DNA from: Candidatus Omnitrophota bacterium
GTDB lineage: Bacteria > Omnitrophota > Gorgyraeia > 2-01-FULL-45-10
Assembly: GCA_016929115.1 (NCBI GenBank)
Contig: JAFGJL010000010.1
Coordinates: 331 to 64,330, forward strand
DNA length: 64,000 nucleotides
Reading direction: 5' to 3'
The translations under genes and the position numbers were made by a program. Below, in pieces: positions 36,164-45,920 of this stretch. Position 1 is the first letter of the stretch, and each line of letters starts with the position of its first letter. The notes under the pieces were generated by a model. It was not told where the DNA came from. It made no database searches and was given only the letters and a program-made list of their open reading frames with translations.

Positions 36164-37746
36164 GCTGTTTCCAGTGCCGGCTCTTCATTAAAACGCTTTT
36201 TATAGACCCTGTATTCCAGGTCGCGCAGGCCTCTTGCCGCCTCGCTATCGGCCGCGGTAAGCAACCGCTTCACTTCGTCGCGCATCGCTGGCTCGGTCTC
36301 CTGAAAAAGTATAAAATTGTCCATGAGCCTCTTGCCCTCTTCCTTTGTCTTCGGGTCTACTTTGAGGACGGTGTCCTCGAACGTGATGTAATTCTCATTC
36401 AGATAGTCCATGTCGCGGACGGATCCTTCGTCCTCGATCCTGTTGAGCGCGTTCAAGTCGATCATGCCTTCTTTCATGCAATACTCTCTCAGCTCCGTTC
36501 CGGCGTAAGGGTAAAATATCCTTGCGGAAGCATGGTCGATGCCCCATTTGCCGCTTAAGCGGACATCCTGCCACATGTCTTCCAGCGTTTCATGGGGAAG
36601 GAAGAACATGAAATTGGCGACTTTCCGCAAGCCGTACTCAGTGATTATTTCGAAACATCTTTCGTACGCCTCATTGGATATGGGCTTGTTGAGGACCTTT
36701 TTTCTCAGCCGCTCATTCGACGTTTCCACCCCCACGCTCACTGACCGGCAACCCATCTCCGCCAGCATCCTGGCATTGTCGCGGTTTATCGTTTGCGCGG
36801 TCGTTTCGATGGTGAACGGCAGCGCTATGCTTTTTTTGTAAATGCTTGCGAATTTTGACAGATAATCCTTCGGCATCGAAAGGAATGTCTCGTCCCAGAA
36901 GCGCAGGAATTCCAGGTCATAGCGCTCCTTCAGGAAAAGAAGCTCGTCTGTGAGATAAGAAAGGCTCTTGAACCGCGGGCGTCTGCTTTCCCCGCCATAT
37001 ATGCGCCCGAAGAGGTCGTTTATGCAAAAATTGCATACATACGGGCATCCCCTGCCGATGAAAACGCTTCCCCGCCTGTAAAGTTTCCCTTCAAAGGGAT
37101 AGTAGAAATTGGCATCGTTGTACATGGACCAATCCAACATGGGAACGTCGTCGCTGAACTGCATCAGCGGCCTCAGGGGATTCTTTATGACCTTACCGTC
37201 CTTCTTTATCCACAGGTTCTTGATGGAGGTATCCGTCTTTCCGCTGTCTATAGCATCGAGGAGGTCGACAAGCGCCAGCTCCCCCTCGCCCACGCAGACC
37301 ATCGACACCTCGTCATGTTTTATGACTTGCTCCGGCCTGACCGTGGCGTGAACGCCGCCCACTATGATGGGGATATCCGGCACCATTGCGCGGACCTTCC
37401 TTATAAGAAAAAGCGCAAAGGGCCAATCGTCGGAAAACGACGAAAAGCCGATGACATCGATCTTGCGGTTCACGATAGCGCCTCTGAGATCGCCCAAAAG
37501 GCTCATGATGGACTTTTTCCGCGGCATGACCTCTTTATTCTTTATCGCCCTGAATTCAAGGTCTATGCGGGGCTTGTCCTTATACGACCTGTACGATGCC
37601 GCTGCCTTATCGCTCGTGTAATCCGCGGTGTCAAAAAATATGAACTTGTGCCCTGCTTTTTTGGCAAAAGCCGACATGCTCGAGATGCCCGGATACTGGA
37701 CGCCCGAGACCAGCCTGTTGCAATGTATCATCAAAACCGTTGCCAT
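36160..37746 (-). CDS. Cobalamin-binding (class B) radical SAM enzyme
   Basis: The B12-binding N-terminus is present. The CX3CX2C motif is GRGCPYVCNFC. There is a verified ATGA junction with the downstream rSAM gene. Length is 528 aa. Confidence 0.8.
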   Translation of the reverse strand: MATVLMIHCNRLVSGVQYPGISSMSAFAKKAGHKFIFFDTADYTSDKAAASYRSYKDKPRIDLEFRAIKNKEVMPRKKSIMSLLGDLRGAIVNRKIDVIGFSSFSDDWPFALFLIRKVRAMVPDIPIIVGGVHATVRPEQVIKHDEVSMVCVGEGELALVDLLDAIDSGKTDTSIKNLWIKKDGKVIKNPLRPLMQFSDDVPMLDWSMYNDANFYYPFEGKLYRRGSVFIGRGCPYVCNFCINDLFGRIYGGESRRPRFKSLSYLTDELLFLKERYDLEFLRFWDETFLSMPKDYLSKFASIYKKSIALPFTIETTAQTINRDNARMLAEMGCRSVSVGVETSNERLRKKVLNKPISNEAYERCFEIITEYGLRKVANFMFFLPHETLEDMWQDVRLSGKWGIDHASARIFYPYAGTELREYCMKEGMIDLNALNRIEDEGSVRDMDYLNENYITFEDTVLKVDPKTKEEGKRLMDNFILFQETEPAMRDEVKRLLTAADSEAARGLRDLEYRVYKKRFNEEPALETA

Positions 37747-37766
37747 GCGCTATCCTGCTTATCGTT

Positions 37767-38426
37767 TCAGGCCACTTCCACAAATGATATCGCGTTTGAA
37801 TAAGGAAGTTTATTTATCTTTATATTCTTACCGTTGAAGAAATCATCTATCGCTTTATTGGCGCCCGCGAACGCGCCGTAATCATCCAGCACCACGATGC
37901 CCCCTTTGGAGACGAGCGGATACAGCTCTTTAAGGCAAACAGCCGTCGCTTCATGCAAGTCCACATCGATATGCAAAAGGGATATCTTGAGATGGGGATT
38001 TTTAGCTTTGTACTCCGGGACGGTCTTCAATATGTCCCCTTCAACGAGATCTATGTTCTGGTATAAGCCGAGCTTTTGAAGTACGGAGACGAACTGGTCC
38101 TTGCTGATGCTCTGGCTGCCTGCCTCTTTTATGAATTGCGCCCTGCGCTCCACATCCTTTTCATACTTCGCCGCCGGAAATTCCCCGAACGTATCGAACG
38201 CCACTATCTTCTTTGAGTGGACGTTCTCGAAAAGCGCCCTGAATTTGATGAAACGCGAAAGCGAGACGCCTTTAAAGACGCCGCACTCCACTATGTCCCC
38301 CGCTATGCCGGATACCCTCCTGAAAAGGTCGAGGTGTGTCGCGAACTTACTTATCCTGTTGATGGGGGCCGTCAGGTAGAAATTATTCTCGTAATCGAAC
38401 TGTTTTGCGAAATCAAGCTCTATCAT
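37767..38426 (-). CDS. TylF/MycF-family (macrocin-type) SAM-dependent sugar O-methyltransferase
   Basis: GDIVECGVFKGVS...LLHIDVDLHEAT...GGIVVLDDYG, typical of the PF05711 family. Confidence 0.75.
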   Translation of the reverse strand: MIELDFAKQFDYENNFYLTAPINRISKFATHLDLFRRVSGIAGDIVECGVFKGVSLSRFIKFRALFENVHSKKIVAFDTFGEFPAAKYEKDVERRAQFIKEAGSQSISKDQFVSVLQKLGLYQNIDLVEGDILKTVPEYKAKNPHLKISLLHIDVDLHEATAVCLKELYPLVSKGGIVVLDDYGAFAGANKAIDDFFNGKNIKINKLPYSNAISFVEVA

Positions 38427-38449
38427 ATGCCTCTCCTTAGCGCCTGCGG

Positions 38450-39307
38450 CTATTTTTTCAGTTTCTTCCTTATATCTTTCTCGCTCGGCATGATCCGTTT
38501 CTCGCCGTCTCCCATGATCGCGTCTATATCCCTTATTCTTTTCCTGAGCATATCCATCGCCGCAACCTCAAGGCTCGCGGCGTGGTCGGTCCCCCACATG
38601 CCGTGGTTCAGCGTTATGTGGCGCTCGATGATCTTCGCCCCCAGCACCGACGCGTAGACGGTCGGCTCAACGTTATACTCGTGGCCGCTGTATCCGATGA
38701 CGCAGCCGTAACGTTTTTTGAGGGTCTTTACGCAGTTGATGTTCAGCTCTTCTTTCGGTGTCGGATAGCTGGAATTCGTGTGCATGAGGGCAAAATCCGA
38801 CGCGTACCTTTTCAATACATCCACGAGGTCATCCACTTCCTTCATCGAGCTCATCCCGGTGGACGCTATTATCGGCACCCCGGTCTTGGCGGCGGTCTCT
38901 ATCAGTTTCAAGTCCGATATCTTGGCGGAAGGTATCTTGATGAACGGCATTTTATAGCCCAGGCTGAACCGGAGGCTGTCCATGTCCCAAACGGACGCGG
39001 TCCAGTCGATCGGCTTCTCCCTGCAGTACTTATCTATGTAATCGTATTCTTCCCTGCCGAATTCTATCTTCTTCTTGTATTCAAGATATGTCATCCTGCC
39101 CCAAGGGGTATCCCTCAAGACCTTCTTCTGCTTTTCAGGGATGCATTTATCCGGATTCCTCTTCTGGAATTTGGCGCAGTTCCAATGGCATGCGAAGACC
39201 GCGTCGATCAGCCTTTTGGCGATATTCAGGTCGCCGTTATGATTTATCCCTATTTCCCCTATAAGGTAAATACCGTCGATATCCTTGAAACGCATCATAT
39301 CGCTCAC
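38450..39307 (-). CDS. NeuB-family PEP-condensing synthase, SAF-less (second paralog)
   Basis: LIGEIGINHNGD...KFQKR...ASTGMS...GYSGHE...ERHITLN. Length is 285 aa. Confidence 0.85.
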   Translation of the reverse strand: MSDMMRFKDIDGIYLIGEIGINHNGDLNIAKRLIDAVFACHWNCAKFQKRNPDKCIPEKQKKVLRDTPWGRMTYLEYKKKIEFGREEYDYIDKYCREKPIDWTASVWDMDSLRFSLGYKMPFIKIPSAKISDLKLIETAAKTGVPIIASTGMSSMKEVDDLVDVLKRYASDFALMHTNSSYPTPKEELNINCVKTLKKRYGCVIGYSGHEYNVEPTVYASVLGAKIIERHITLNHGMWGTDHAASLEVAAMDMLRKRIRDIDAIMGDGEKRIMPSEKDIRKKLKK

Positions 39308-39312
39308 CTCTT

Positions 39313-39987
39313 TTATTTCGATTTGAAGAACCGGCCTATTTTTTGGGCTTCCTTGAAATCTTTCTCGCTGTCTATGTCTACCGAAGAGAATACGCCATCC
39401 TGCTTATATAATCTTGCGGCCTTGCCGTACCAAGAATTATGGCCGCGGAAGTGGCCCACGTTGACGGCGTAAAACATGCCGTTCTCGACCGTATATTCAA
39501 AGCCGAAATCATCCGTGCCGCGGCGCTTGCCTTCTGTTTTGAACAAAGGCCTGCTTGACCTCCAAACGAACGGACTGACGCTGAAGCACGAGATAACGGC
39601 GTCCGGGCCGTCTTTTTCTATGATCTTCGCTATAGAACGGTAGTCCTCCTTCGTCCTGAAAGGCGACGTCGGGTTCAGCAACCAGAGATAATCTTTACCG
39701 GACATCCCGTATCGGCGGATCAAAAGCTGCATAAGGTCCTTGATGCATGCCCTCTTCGTCGCAAGCCTCTTCTCCCTAAGGTGTTTCACGGCTCCGGCCG
39801 GTGGCCTGTAGGCAATCCTGTCGGTAGATACTATCACCTTGTCGAAAATGCCGTCCGGTATCGTTGCCAACGTAAAATCGACCAGGCATTTCCCGCCCAA
39901 AAAGGAGCGCCAGTTCTTGTCCCTACACCGGCTCGAATTGTTCTTGGCCGGGACCAGTCCGTAATGTCTTATATTATTTCTCTTCAT
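39313..39987 (-). CDS. Acylneuraminate cytidylyltransferase family (CMP-ulosonic acid synthetase, NeuA/KdsB-like)
   Basis: GLVPAKNNSSRCRDKN...LGGKCLVDFTL, a CTP_transf_3-type N-terminus. Length is 224 aa. Confidence 0.75.
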   Translation of the reverse strand: MKRNNIRHYGLVPAKNNSSRCRDKNWRSFLGGKCLVDFTLATIPDGIFDKVIVSTDRIAYRPPAGAVKHLREKRLATKRACIKDLMQLLIRRYGMSGKDYLWLLNPTSPFRTKEDYRSIAKIIEKDGPDAVISCFSVSPFVWRSSRPLFKTEGKRRGTDDFGFEYTVENGMFYAVNVGHFRGHNSWYGKAARLYKQDGVFSSVDIDSEKDFKEAQKIGRFFKSK

Positions 39988-41320
39988 TTAGGAGTTTCTC
40001 TTTTATGAGTTTACCCACTATCGCCTCATCCTTCAGCCCGAAATCGGCAGGCGAAAACGTTCCGCCTTTTTTGTGCCAGGCCTCCAGTATGAGGGCGATA
40101 TCATCCTTAACGCATAATATCTCGGAGCCAAAACGGTCTATCATGTAAAAACCATCTTCCTTCCTGAACCTCAAGTTGGACGGGACTGAGCATTTCAGGC
40201 CGGAAAGCTTCACTGTCGGCTCTTTTTCGGCCACCCGGCCTTTCGGTTTGACGGGCCACCCTATCCTGAGTATATCAGCCGAAGACATCCTACCGGCATA
40301 GGCCAGCGCGCACAGCCTGCAGCCTCCGTTGCATTCGTCGAACATCTCGCAGGCTTTGCACTCATCCGGGAAATATTCACCGGACCGCCACTTTTTCATG
40401 TTCGCCCATACGCCCTTTAATCCGGCTTCGAATATGTTGCCGTAGCTTTCCTTCTCGTGGACGCAGGCATGGGCGTCGCCATTCGCGTTCAGCGATATCA
40501 TCTTGTTCCCGGCGGGGCAGCCGTGAGAATAAAATTTCGCGTACCTTTTTTTATCGTCATCCCCTACGAGCAGGCACAGCGGGAACGGAACAAGCGTTCC
40601 GACCTGCATCGGGAAATCCTTCTCCACCCTCATCAACTCATCGATTATGCGGCGCGCTTCCTTCTGGTATATAAGGAACTCTTTCTGCTCGTTCACGTCC
40701 TTTGTAATGTGCGGGGTCACACGCGTCCCGAAGAATTTTTTGGCTCCGAGTTCCGAGGCGAGCTTCGCTGTCTCGTAAATATCGCCTATGTTCGTTTCGG
40801 ATATTATCATGTTTACGCTTATACGTATGCCGACCGAGACGGCGTTCTTTATGCCATCGACGATCTTGGCATAGGCGCCCTTCATCGATACGAGGTAATC
40901 GTTCCTCTCTGGGATGTGGGAATTCAGGGATGTCAGGACATGCTCCAGACCGGCCTCTTTGAGTTTCTTGAGCTTCCCGGCCGAATTCGCCACGGCGAGT
41001 GTGGAATTACAGGTAACACTGGCGCCGGCGCCCTTCGCCTTTTTTATGCCCTGCAGGAGCAACGGGCTGTTCAAAAGCGGCTCACCCCCCGTGAAGATCA
41101 CGTGCATGATGCCGTTCTTTATAAGTTCATCCAGTATCCTGTCGAGCTCGGCCTGCGACATGAAAACCGGTTTCGTCTTCTCCGGCCGCCAGAAGTTGTA
41201 ACAATGCCTGCAGCTGAAACAGCATGAAGATGTAAGCTCTATATGCACGGTTGTAGGCAATGAAAGCGTCATGTCGTTTTCCAAAGTGGCTATGGGGGTC
41301 TTGACTATTTTTTTCAGCAT
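39974..41320 (-). CDS. Radical SAM / SPASM-domain protein
   Basis: The CX3CX2C motif is SSCCFSCRHC, and the C-terminal SPASM cysteines are CKACEMFDECNGGCRLC. Length is 448 aa. Confidence 0.75.
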   Translation of the reverse strand: MLKKIVKTPIATLENDMTLSLPTTVHIELTSSCCFSCRHCYNFWRPEKTKPVFMSQAELDRILDELIKNGIMHVIFTGGEPLLNSPLLLQGIKKAKGAGASVTCNSTLAVANSAGKLKKLKEAGLEHVLTSLNSHIPERNDYLVSMKGAYAKIVDGIKNAVSVGIRISVNMIISETNIGDIYETAKLASELGAKKFFGTRVTPHITKDVNEQKEFLIYQKEARRIIDELMRVEKDFPMQVGTLVPFPLCLLVGDDDKKRYAKFYSHGCPAGNKMISLNANGDAHACVHEKESYGNIFEAGLKGVWANMKKWRSGEYFPDECKACEMFDECNGGCRLCALAYAGRMSSADILRIGWPVKPKGRVAEKEPTVKLSGLKCSVPSNLRFRKEDGFYMIDRFGSEILCVKDDIALILEAWHKKGGTFSPADFGLKDEAIVGKLIKEKLLNEEK

Positions 41321-42663
41321 TATTTTTTCATCGCTCCTCTTGCTATTATATAAGCCGTCTTATTGTTAAGGGTGTCGGTCCGGAAAGATTCCTTCCCTGA
41401 AAGGCCGAAAAGATCCACGTTATCGAAGTGGCGTTTCATCATGGCGCTGAGACTGTTATATGTGAGGTTGCTTATATGGAAGGGGTTTTCTGTCTGGCCG
41501 GTTATATCTTCCGAGACCGGGCATGTCAGCCATACCTCGCCGCCGGGCTTCAGCCAGCTCTTGGCCCTCACGAGGAACTTTTCCGGTTCGGCAAGATGCT
41601 CTATCGTCTCGACGCTGATGATCTTGCTGTAAAGCTCTTTCGGGTCGAATGACTCCACCGGCGAGGCATCGAACCGTATATTGGGCCGCCCGTGATTGCG
41701 CCTGGCGTATTCGATCGTCTTCCGGTCGCCGTCCACACCGCGGACCGCAAGCGCCTTTGAAGCCAAAAGTTCACTGCCATAGCCGCTTCCACAAGCTATA
41801 TCAAGGACCGAATCACGCGGTTTCACATGCTTAAGGAAGAACCTGTAGCGCCCGAAATGCCTTTCGTAAGCGGCGGAATCGAAGGCGTTCCTTAATATGC
41901 CCATTTGCGGATCATCGTGTACATAGAAACGCTGGACATTGAACCTTCCTCTCTCGTTCCAGCTCACGCGCTTGTTTTTAAATGAGAGGGCCGCTTCAGC
42001 CATCGCGACATCATACTGGGTCTCTATGTCGACCCCCGACACTTCGTCCATTTCGAAGCCATAGGACTTCCCGGACATAAGCAGGCCGTTTAACCCGTCT
42101 ATCTGCTTAGGCCTGATAAGCCATATGGCGCGATTCAACCTGTAAAGAGGCGGCTGGTCCTGGCGGTTGGTATATTTAAAGGCGCCTTTGACCAGCGGCC
42201 TGGCCCTCTTACTGCCGTCCAGCGATAATCCTCCAAAAGGATGTGTGCGAAGCCGCGTGACACCCGCCACGCTGTCAAAGCCCTTCAGTGACCGGGCGAA
42301 CTTTATCGCGTCTTCGACGTGTTTCGCGGTCCTGAACGGCGCGGTGGGAGAAAGTACCGCTACCATGTCCGGCCCTGGCCGACCCATATGGCTGAGAGCG
42401 TTCTTCACAGCGTCCTTTATAGGTGCGCCATCGCCGGCCAGGGGTTTTGGCCGCCTTATCAGTATCATGCCCCTGTGTCCTTTGTACTTTTTGAGAAGCT
42501 CCGCGTCATCCGTGGACAGATAGACGTTGCGTACTGATGGGGATCCGCAAGCCGCTTCGATCGTATATTCTATGAGAGGCTTATCGCCGATAAGGATCGT
42601 GCATTTCTTATACAACCCCTTACTGCCGCTGCGGGCCAATATGAGTGCGTCTGTCTTCATCAT
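41320..42663 (-). CDS. Bifunctional fusion: acylneuraminate cytidylyltransferase-family domain (N) + class I SAM methyltransferase (C)
   Basis: The N-terminus has ALILARSGSKGLYKKCTILIGDKPLIEY (CTP_transf_3). The C-terminus has VLDIACGSGYGSELL...ISVETIEHL (Methyltransf_11). Length is 447 aa. Confidence 0.75.
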   Translation of the reverse strand: MMKTDALILARSGSKGLYKKCTILIGDKPLIEYTIEAACGSPSVRNVYLSTDDAELLKKYKGHRGMILIRRPKPLAGDGAPIKDAVKNALSHMGRPGPDMVAVLSPTAPFRTAKHVEDAIKFARSLKGFDSVAGVTRLRTHPFGGLSLDGSKRARPLVKGAFKYTNRQDQPPLYRLNRAIWLIRPKQIDGLNGLLMSGKSYGFEMDEVSGVDIETQYDVAMAEAALSFKNKRVSWNERGRFNVQRFYVHDDPQMGILRNAFDSAAYERHFGRYRFFLKHVKPRDSVLDIACGSGYGSELLASKALAVRGVDGDRKTIEYARRNHGRPNIRFDASPVESFDPKELYSKIISVETIEHLAEPEKFLVRAKSWLKPGGEVWLTCPVSEDITGQTENPFHISNLTYNSLSAMMKRHFDNVDLFGLSGKESFRTDTLNNKTAYIIARGAMKK

Positions 42664-42670
42664 CTCCCCT

Positions 42671-43222
42671 TTATACCAGCTTGTCGGCCAACAATAACGC
42701 GGTCGAGGCGAGCGACTTAAGTTCCTCTATTTTCTTAAGCCTTTCCTCGTAGGTCTTTGCCAGCTTCTTCTCTTCATCGGTCCAATTCTCATCCGGCACC
42801 TTGATGATGTTCTTGAAGGAGTCTATCATGTCTGAGGTCTCTCCCATCCTCCTCTGGATAGCCTGCCTCACCTTTCTCAATATGACGCCTTTCACATCGA
42901 GGTTCGCCTCATAGTAGTCCTTCCGGGACCCCTTTACCCAAACGCTTCTTACGGCGTTCCAGTTCTCAAGCTCCCGGATATTGATGCTGACATTGCCCTT
43001 GCTTACCTTGAGCCTTTCGACTATCTCGTCCAGGGAAAGAGGCTTGTCGCTCAGATACAGCACGGCGTAGAGCTGGGCTATGAAACGGTTCAACCCGAAG
43101 CTGTCGCACAATTTCCCGATGCTTTCAATGAACTTGTCTTGGGCGGTCTCCAACTTGCTATTCATCTGCATCCCCCTTTGATTATCTCCTGTTGCGCTTT
43201 CGATCCTCATCTGTTTTGACAT
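42671..43222 (-). CDS. GbsR/MarR-like winged-helix transcriptional regulator
   Basis: LNRFIAQLYAVLYLSDKPLSLDEIVERLKVSKGNVSINIRELE...KDYYEA resembles COG1510/GbsR. The start may be an internal ATG (43210 or 43174). Confidence 0.55.
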   Translation of the reverse strand: MSKQMRIESATGDNQRGMQMNSKLETAQDKFIESIGKLCDSFGLNRFIAQLYAVLYLSDKPLSLDEIVERLKVSKGNVSINIRELENWNAVRSVWVKGSRKDYYEANLDVKGVILRKVRQAIQRRMGETSDMIDSFKNIIKVPDENWTDEEKKLAKTYEERLKKIEELKSLASTALLLADKLV

Positions 43223-43673
43223 AATATAAAAGCTCCCTTAAAACGCCCTCGCCGCCGGTTGTATTCAGGACGATCTTTGCTACAGCCTTTGCTTCCTTGC
43301 AGGCGTTAGCGGGACATACGGGATGCCCCACGATCCGCATCGCTTCAAGATCGTTAAGGTCGTTACCCACATAGACCACGTCCTTCAGGGGTATATTCGT
43401 GTCGCGGCAATATATTTTCAAGGCCTCGCACTTATCCGGCACATCCTGCAATACGGGTATATCGAGCTTTTTCGCTCTTTCAGCGACCACCTTGTTTCTT
43501 TCTGTGGAGAGGATCATCTGGGGTATTCCGCGGCGCTTAAAGACGCCCACCGCCAGCCCGTCAGAACGGTTGACGGTGACGCTCTCCAGGCCGTCCTCCC
43601 TCAGGATGATCTTATTATCCGTCATCACTCCGTCAAAATCGTATACTATGAGTTTTATGTTCCTCACCAGCAT
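43182..43673 (-). CDS. KdsC-family HAD phosphatase (ulosonic acid-phosphate phosphatase)
   Basis: LIVYDFDGVMTDN (DxDGV) and VYVGNDLNDLEAM. A length of 163 aa is typical of KdsC and of KDN-9-P phosphatases. Confidence 0.8.
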   Translation of the reverse strand: MLVRNIKLIVYDFDGVMTDNKIILREDGLESVTVNRSDGLAVGVFKRRGIPQMILSTERNKVVAERAKKLDIPVLQDVPDKCEALKIYCRDTNIPLKDVVYVGNDLNDLEAMRIVGHPVCPANACKEAKAVAKIVLNTTGGEGVLRELLYYVKTDEDRKRNRR

Positions 43674-44524
43674 GTCCTCCCGCCGTCTATCACGACATTT
43701 GCCCCGGTCATATAGGAAGAAGCGTCGCTGACCAGGAAGACGACCGCGGCTTCGTATTCATCGCTCTTGGCCATGCGTCCCATAGGTATCAGATCCGTAA
43801 GCTTGCTGACGAACCCGGCCGGTTGGTTCTTATAAACTCCACCGGGAGATATGGAATTCACCCGTATGTTCTTACTTGCCCAGTAGGTAGCGCAATATTT
43901 GGTAAGCCCTATAAGGCCGTGCTTGACCACAGAATAAGTGACGGGCTTAGCGGGTTGCCCGGTTTCCGGCAGCCCTTTTTTGCGGTATATCCTCTGATCA
44001 GGCGCTATGACGCCCAGATCCGAAGAAACGTTCAGCATGACCCCGCCGCCGTGTCCGGCAAAATAGGATCCCACGACCTGGCTGCAGATAAACGCTCCGG
44101 TGAGTCCGACGGAAATATCTTTTTCCCATGACTCAAGTCCGAAGTTCTCCAGTCTGCTTCCGGCAAGGCTATCGCTTTTTTCCACCTTCGGGTTATGGGC
44201 CGCGTTATTTATGAGTATATTGGCCTTTTTGAACCTGCGGATAACCGCCGAAAGCGCGTCCTTGACGCATTTCTGATCCCTGATATCCACGGCAAAACCT
44301 TCGCATCTGACGCCGCAGGATCTATTGATATCCTGGGCGGCTTTCTTCACGGCCTTTTCGTCTATATCCCATAACACCGGTATCCCGCCCGCTTCGCCTA
44401 CCGCCTTGGCGTGCCTGCGCCCTAAAAAGCCAGCGCCGCCCGTGATGATAGCCACTTTACCCCCGAGCCTGAATCTATCAAGTGTTTTCATGGTGATCCT
44501 TTTATCTTTAGGCCATCTCTTCAA
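43664..44524 (-). CDS. Classical short-chain dehydrogenase/reductase (SDR)
   Basis: VAIITGGAGFLGRR, NNAA and YSVVK (YxxxK). The start may be the ATG at 44491. Confidence 0.75.
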   Translation of the reverse strand: MKRWPKDKRITMKTLDRFRLGGKVAIITGGAGFLGRRHAKAVGEAGGIPVLWDIDEKAVKKAAQDINRSCGVRCEGFAVDIRDQKCVKDALSAVIRRFKKANILINNAAHNPKVEKSDSLAGSRLENFGLESWEKDISVGLTGAFICSQVVGSYFAGHGGGVMLNVSSDLGVIAPDQRIYRKKGLPETGQPAKPVTYSVVKHGLIGLTKYCATYWASKNIRVNSISPGGVYKNQPAGFVSKLTDLIPMGRMAKSDEYEAAVVFLVSDASSYMTGANVVIDGGRTCW

Positions 44525-45875
44525 AACACTCTTCGTAAACTCTCAGCCCTTCCACAAGCGCGCTTTCTGGTATCGTCAAGGGCGGGCCGAGTTTTATTGT
44601 CCCGCGCCCGGTGCATATCGAGAAGACGCCTTTTTCCATGGCCCGCTCAACGATGCGGTTCGTGAAGTCTATATCGAGCTCGTCAGAATTCTTCTTTGTG
44701 ACGAAGACGCCGAAGAGCATGCCCTTACCCAGGATACGGCCGATCCGGCCGGGAAACCGCTTTTTCAATCTGGCGAGCTCCCTGGTGATTACAGCTTCTT
44801 TCCGCTTCGATACGGCCACTAGATCGTCCTTTTCGAACGCCTCCAGATTGCCCAGTCCGGCCGCGCATACCAGCGGATGCCCGCCGTGCGTGCTGGTATA
44901 GGTCGGGTCAAGCTCGATCAGGCCGGCGCCTCCCAATACGGCCGAAAGCGGCAGGCTCGACGAGATCGCCTTACCGCAGATAACCATATCGGGCTCCACG
45001 CCGTAGTGCTCGTAGGCGAAAAATTTGCCCGTCCTGCCGAAACCCGCCTGTATCTCGTCAAATACCAGAAGCGACTTGTTCTCTTTGGACCACTTTCTCA
45101 TCGTCTTTATATAATCTACCGGATAGAAGACCGCTCCCCATCCCTGGAACGATTCGACAAAGAACGCGGCGATCTCGTTCAGTTTAACGCCGCCCTTTTC
45201 AAGGTCTTTCAAATGCTTAAAGAAGAGAGCTTCCCCCCTCAACCCGGATCTTTCCAATGCCCATGGATAAGGGAACGGCATATGAACCATGTTCGGGTCG
45301 AGGTAGCCTATCCATTTCTTTCCGTCATGCTGGCCGCCTGCCATCTGGGAGCCCATCGTCTTGCCGTGGAAATTCCCCTCTCCTCCGACGATAACTGCCT
45401 TCCGTGGCGTGAACTGCATGCCGTAGTACCGGGCCAGCTTTATCGCCCTCTCGCTGGCCTCTGTCCCGGAACTGAATAATGACGCCTTCTTCAGGTAAGA
45501 AGGCGTCATTGAAATGAGCTTTTCCAGGAATGCCGCCCTTATGGGGGTAGGATAAGAATAGCTATGGAGAAGCGGCTTGTCCAACTGCTCCTTGACGCGC
45601 TTTATTATACGGCTATTGCCGTGGCCGGCATTGGTAACAAAAATGGACGACGTGAAGTCTATCCATTTGTTCCCCCAGGAGTCAAAGACCTGGTATCCTT
45701 CGGCATGGTCCCATATCACAGGCAACTGGTCCATCACGTTGGAGGACTCGTACTTTTTGATCTTTTTCAGCAGTTTCAGCGACTGTGGCACCGGGATCTT
45801 AGTTTTGATGCAACGGTACTTTGTAAGCACTTTCGGAACGGCTCGCGGCGTCAGGTTGAACTTAAAACCACTCAT
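44508..45875 (-). CDS. Class III PLP-dependent aminotransferase
   Basis: DEIQAGFGRTGKFFA and ICGKAISSSLPLSAV (Schiff-base lysine region). Length is 455 aa. Confidence 0.8.
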   Translation of the reverse strand: MSGFKFNLTPRAVPKVLTKYRCIKTKIPVPQSLKLLKKIKKYESSNVMDQLPVIWDHAEGYQVFDSWGNKWIDFTSSIFVTNAGHGNSRIIKRVKEQLDKPLLHSYSYPTPIRAAFLEKLISMTPSYLKKASLFSSGTEASERAIKLARYYGMQFTPRKAVIVGGEGNFHGKTMGSQMAGGQHDGKKWIGYLDPNMVHMPFPYPWALERSGLRGEALFFKHLKDLEKGGVKLNEIAAFFVESFQGWGAVFYPVDYIKTMRKWSKENKSLLVFDEIQAGFGRTGKFFAYEHYGVEPDMVICGKAISSSLPLSAVLGGAGLIELDPTYTSTHGGHPLVCAAGLGNLEAFEKDDLVAVSKRKEAVITRELARLKKRFPGRIGRILGKGMLFGVFVTKKNSDELDIDFTNRIVERAMEKGVFSICTGRGTIKLGPPLTIPESALVEGLRVYEECFEEMA

Positions 45876-45920
45876 CTTTACACCTCTTTCTTTGATCTTA
45901 TCGTTGCCGAATATGCTGAA

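Noticed and set aside
31958-39307. Interpreting the two SAF-less NeuB genes as truncated pseudogenes
   Set aside because: Both are intact ORFs of similar length (285-293 aa) with all catalytic-barrel motifs (GINHNGD, KFQKR, STGMS, GYSGHE) and proper translational coupling. Two independent identical truncations are unlikely, so they are treated as genuine short-form synthases.
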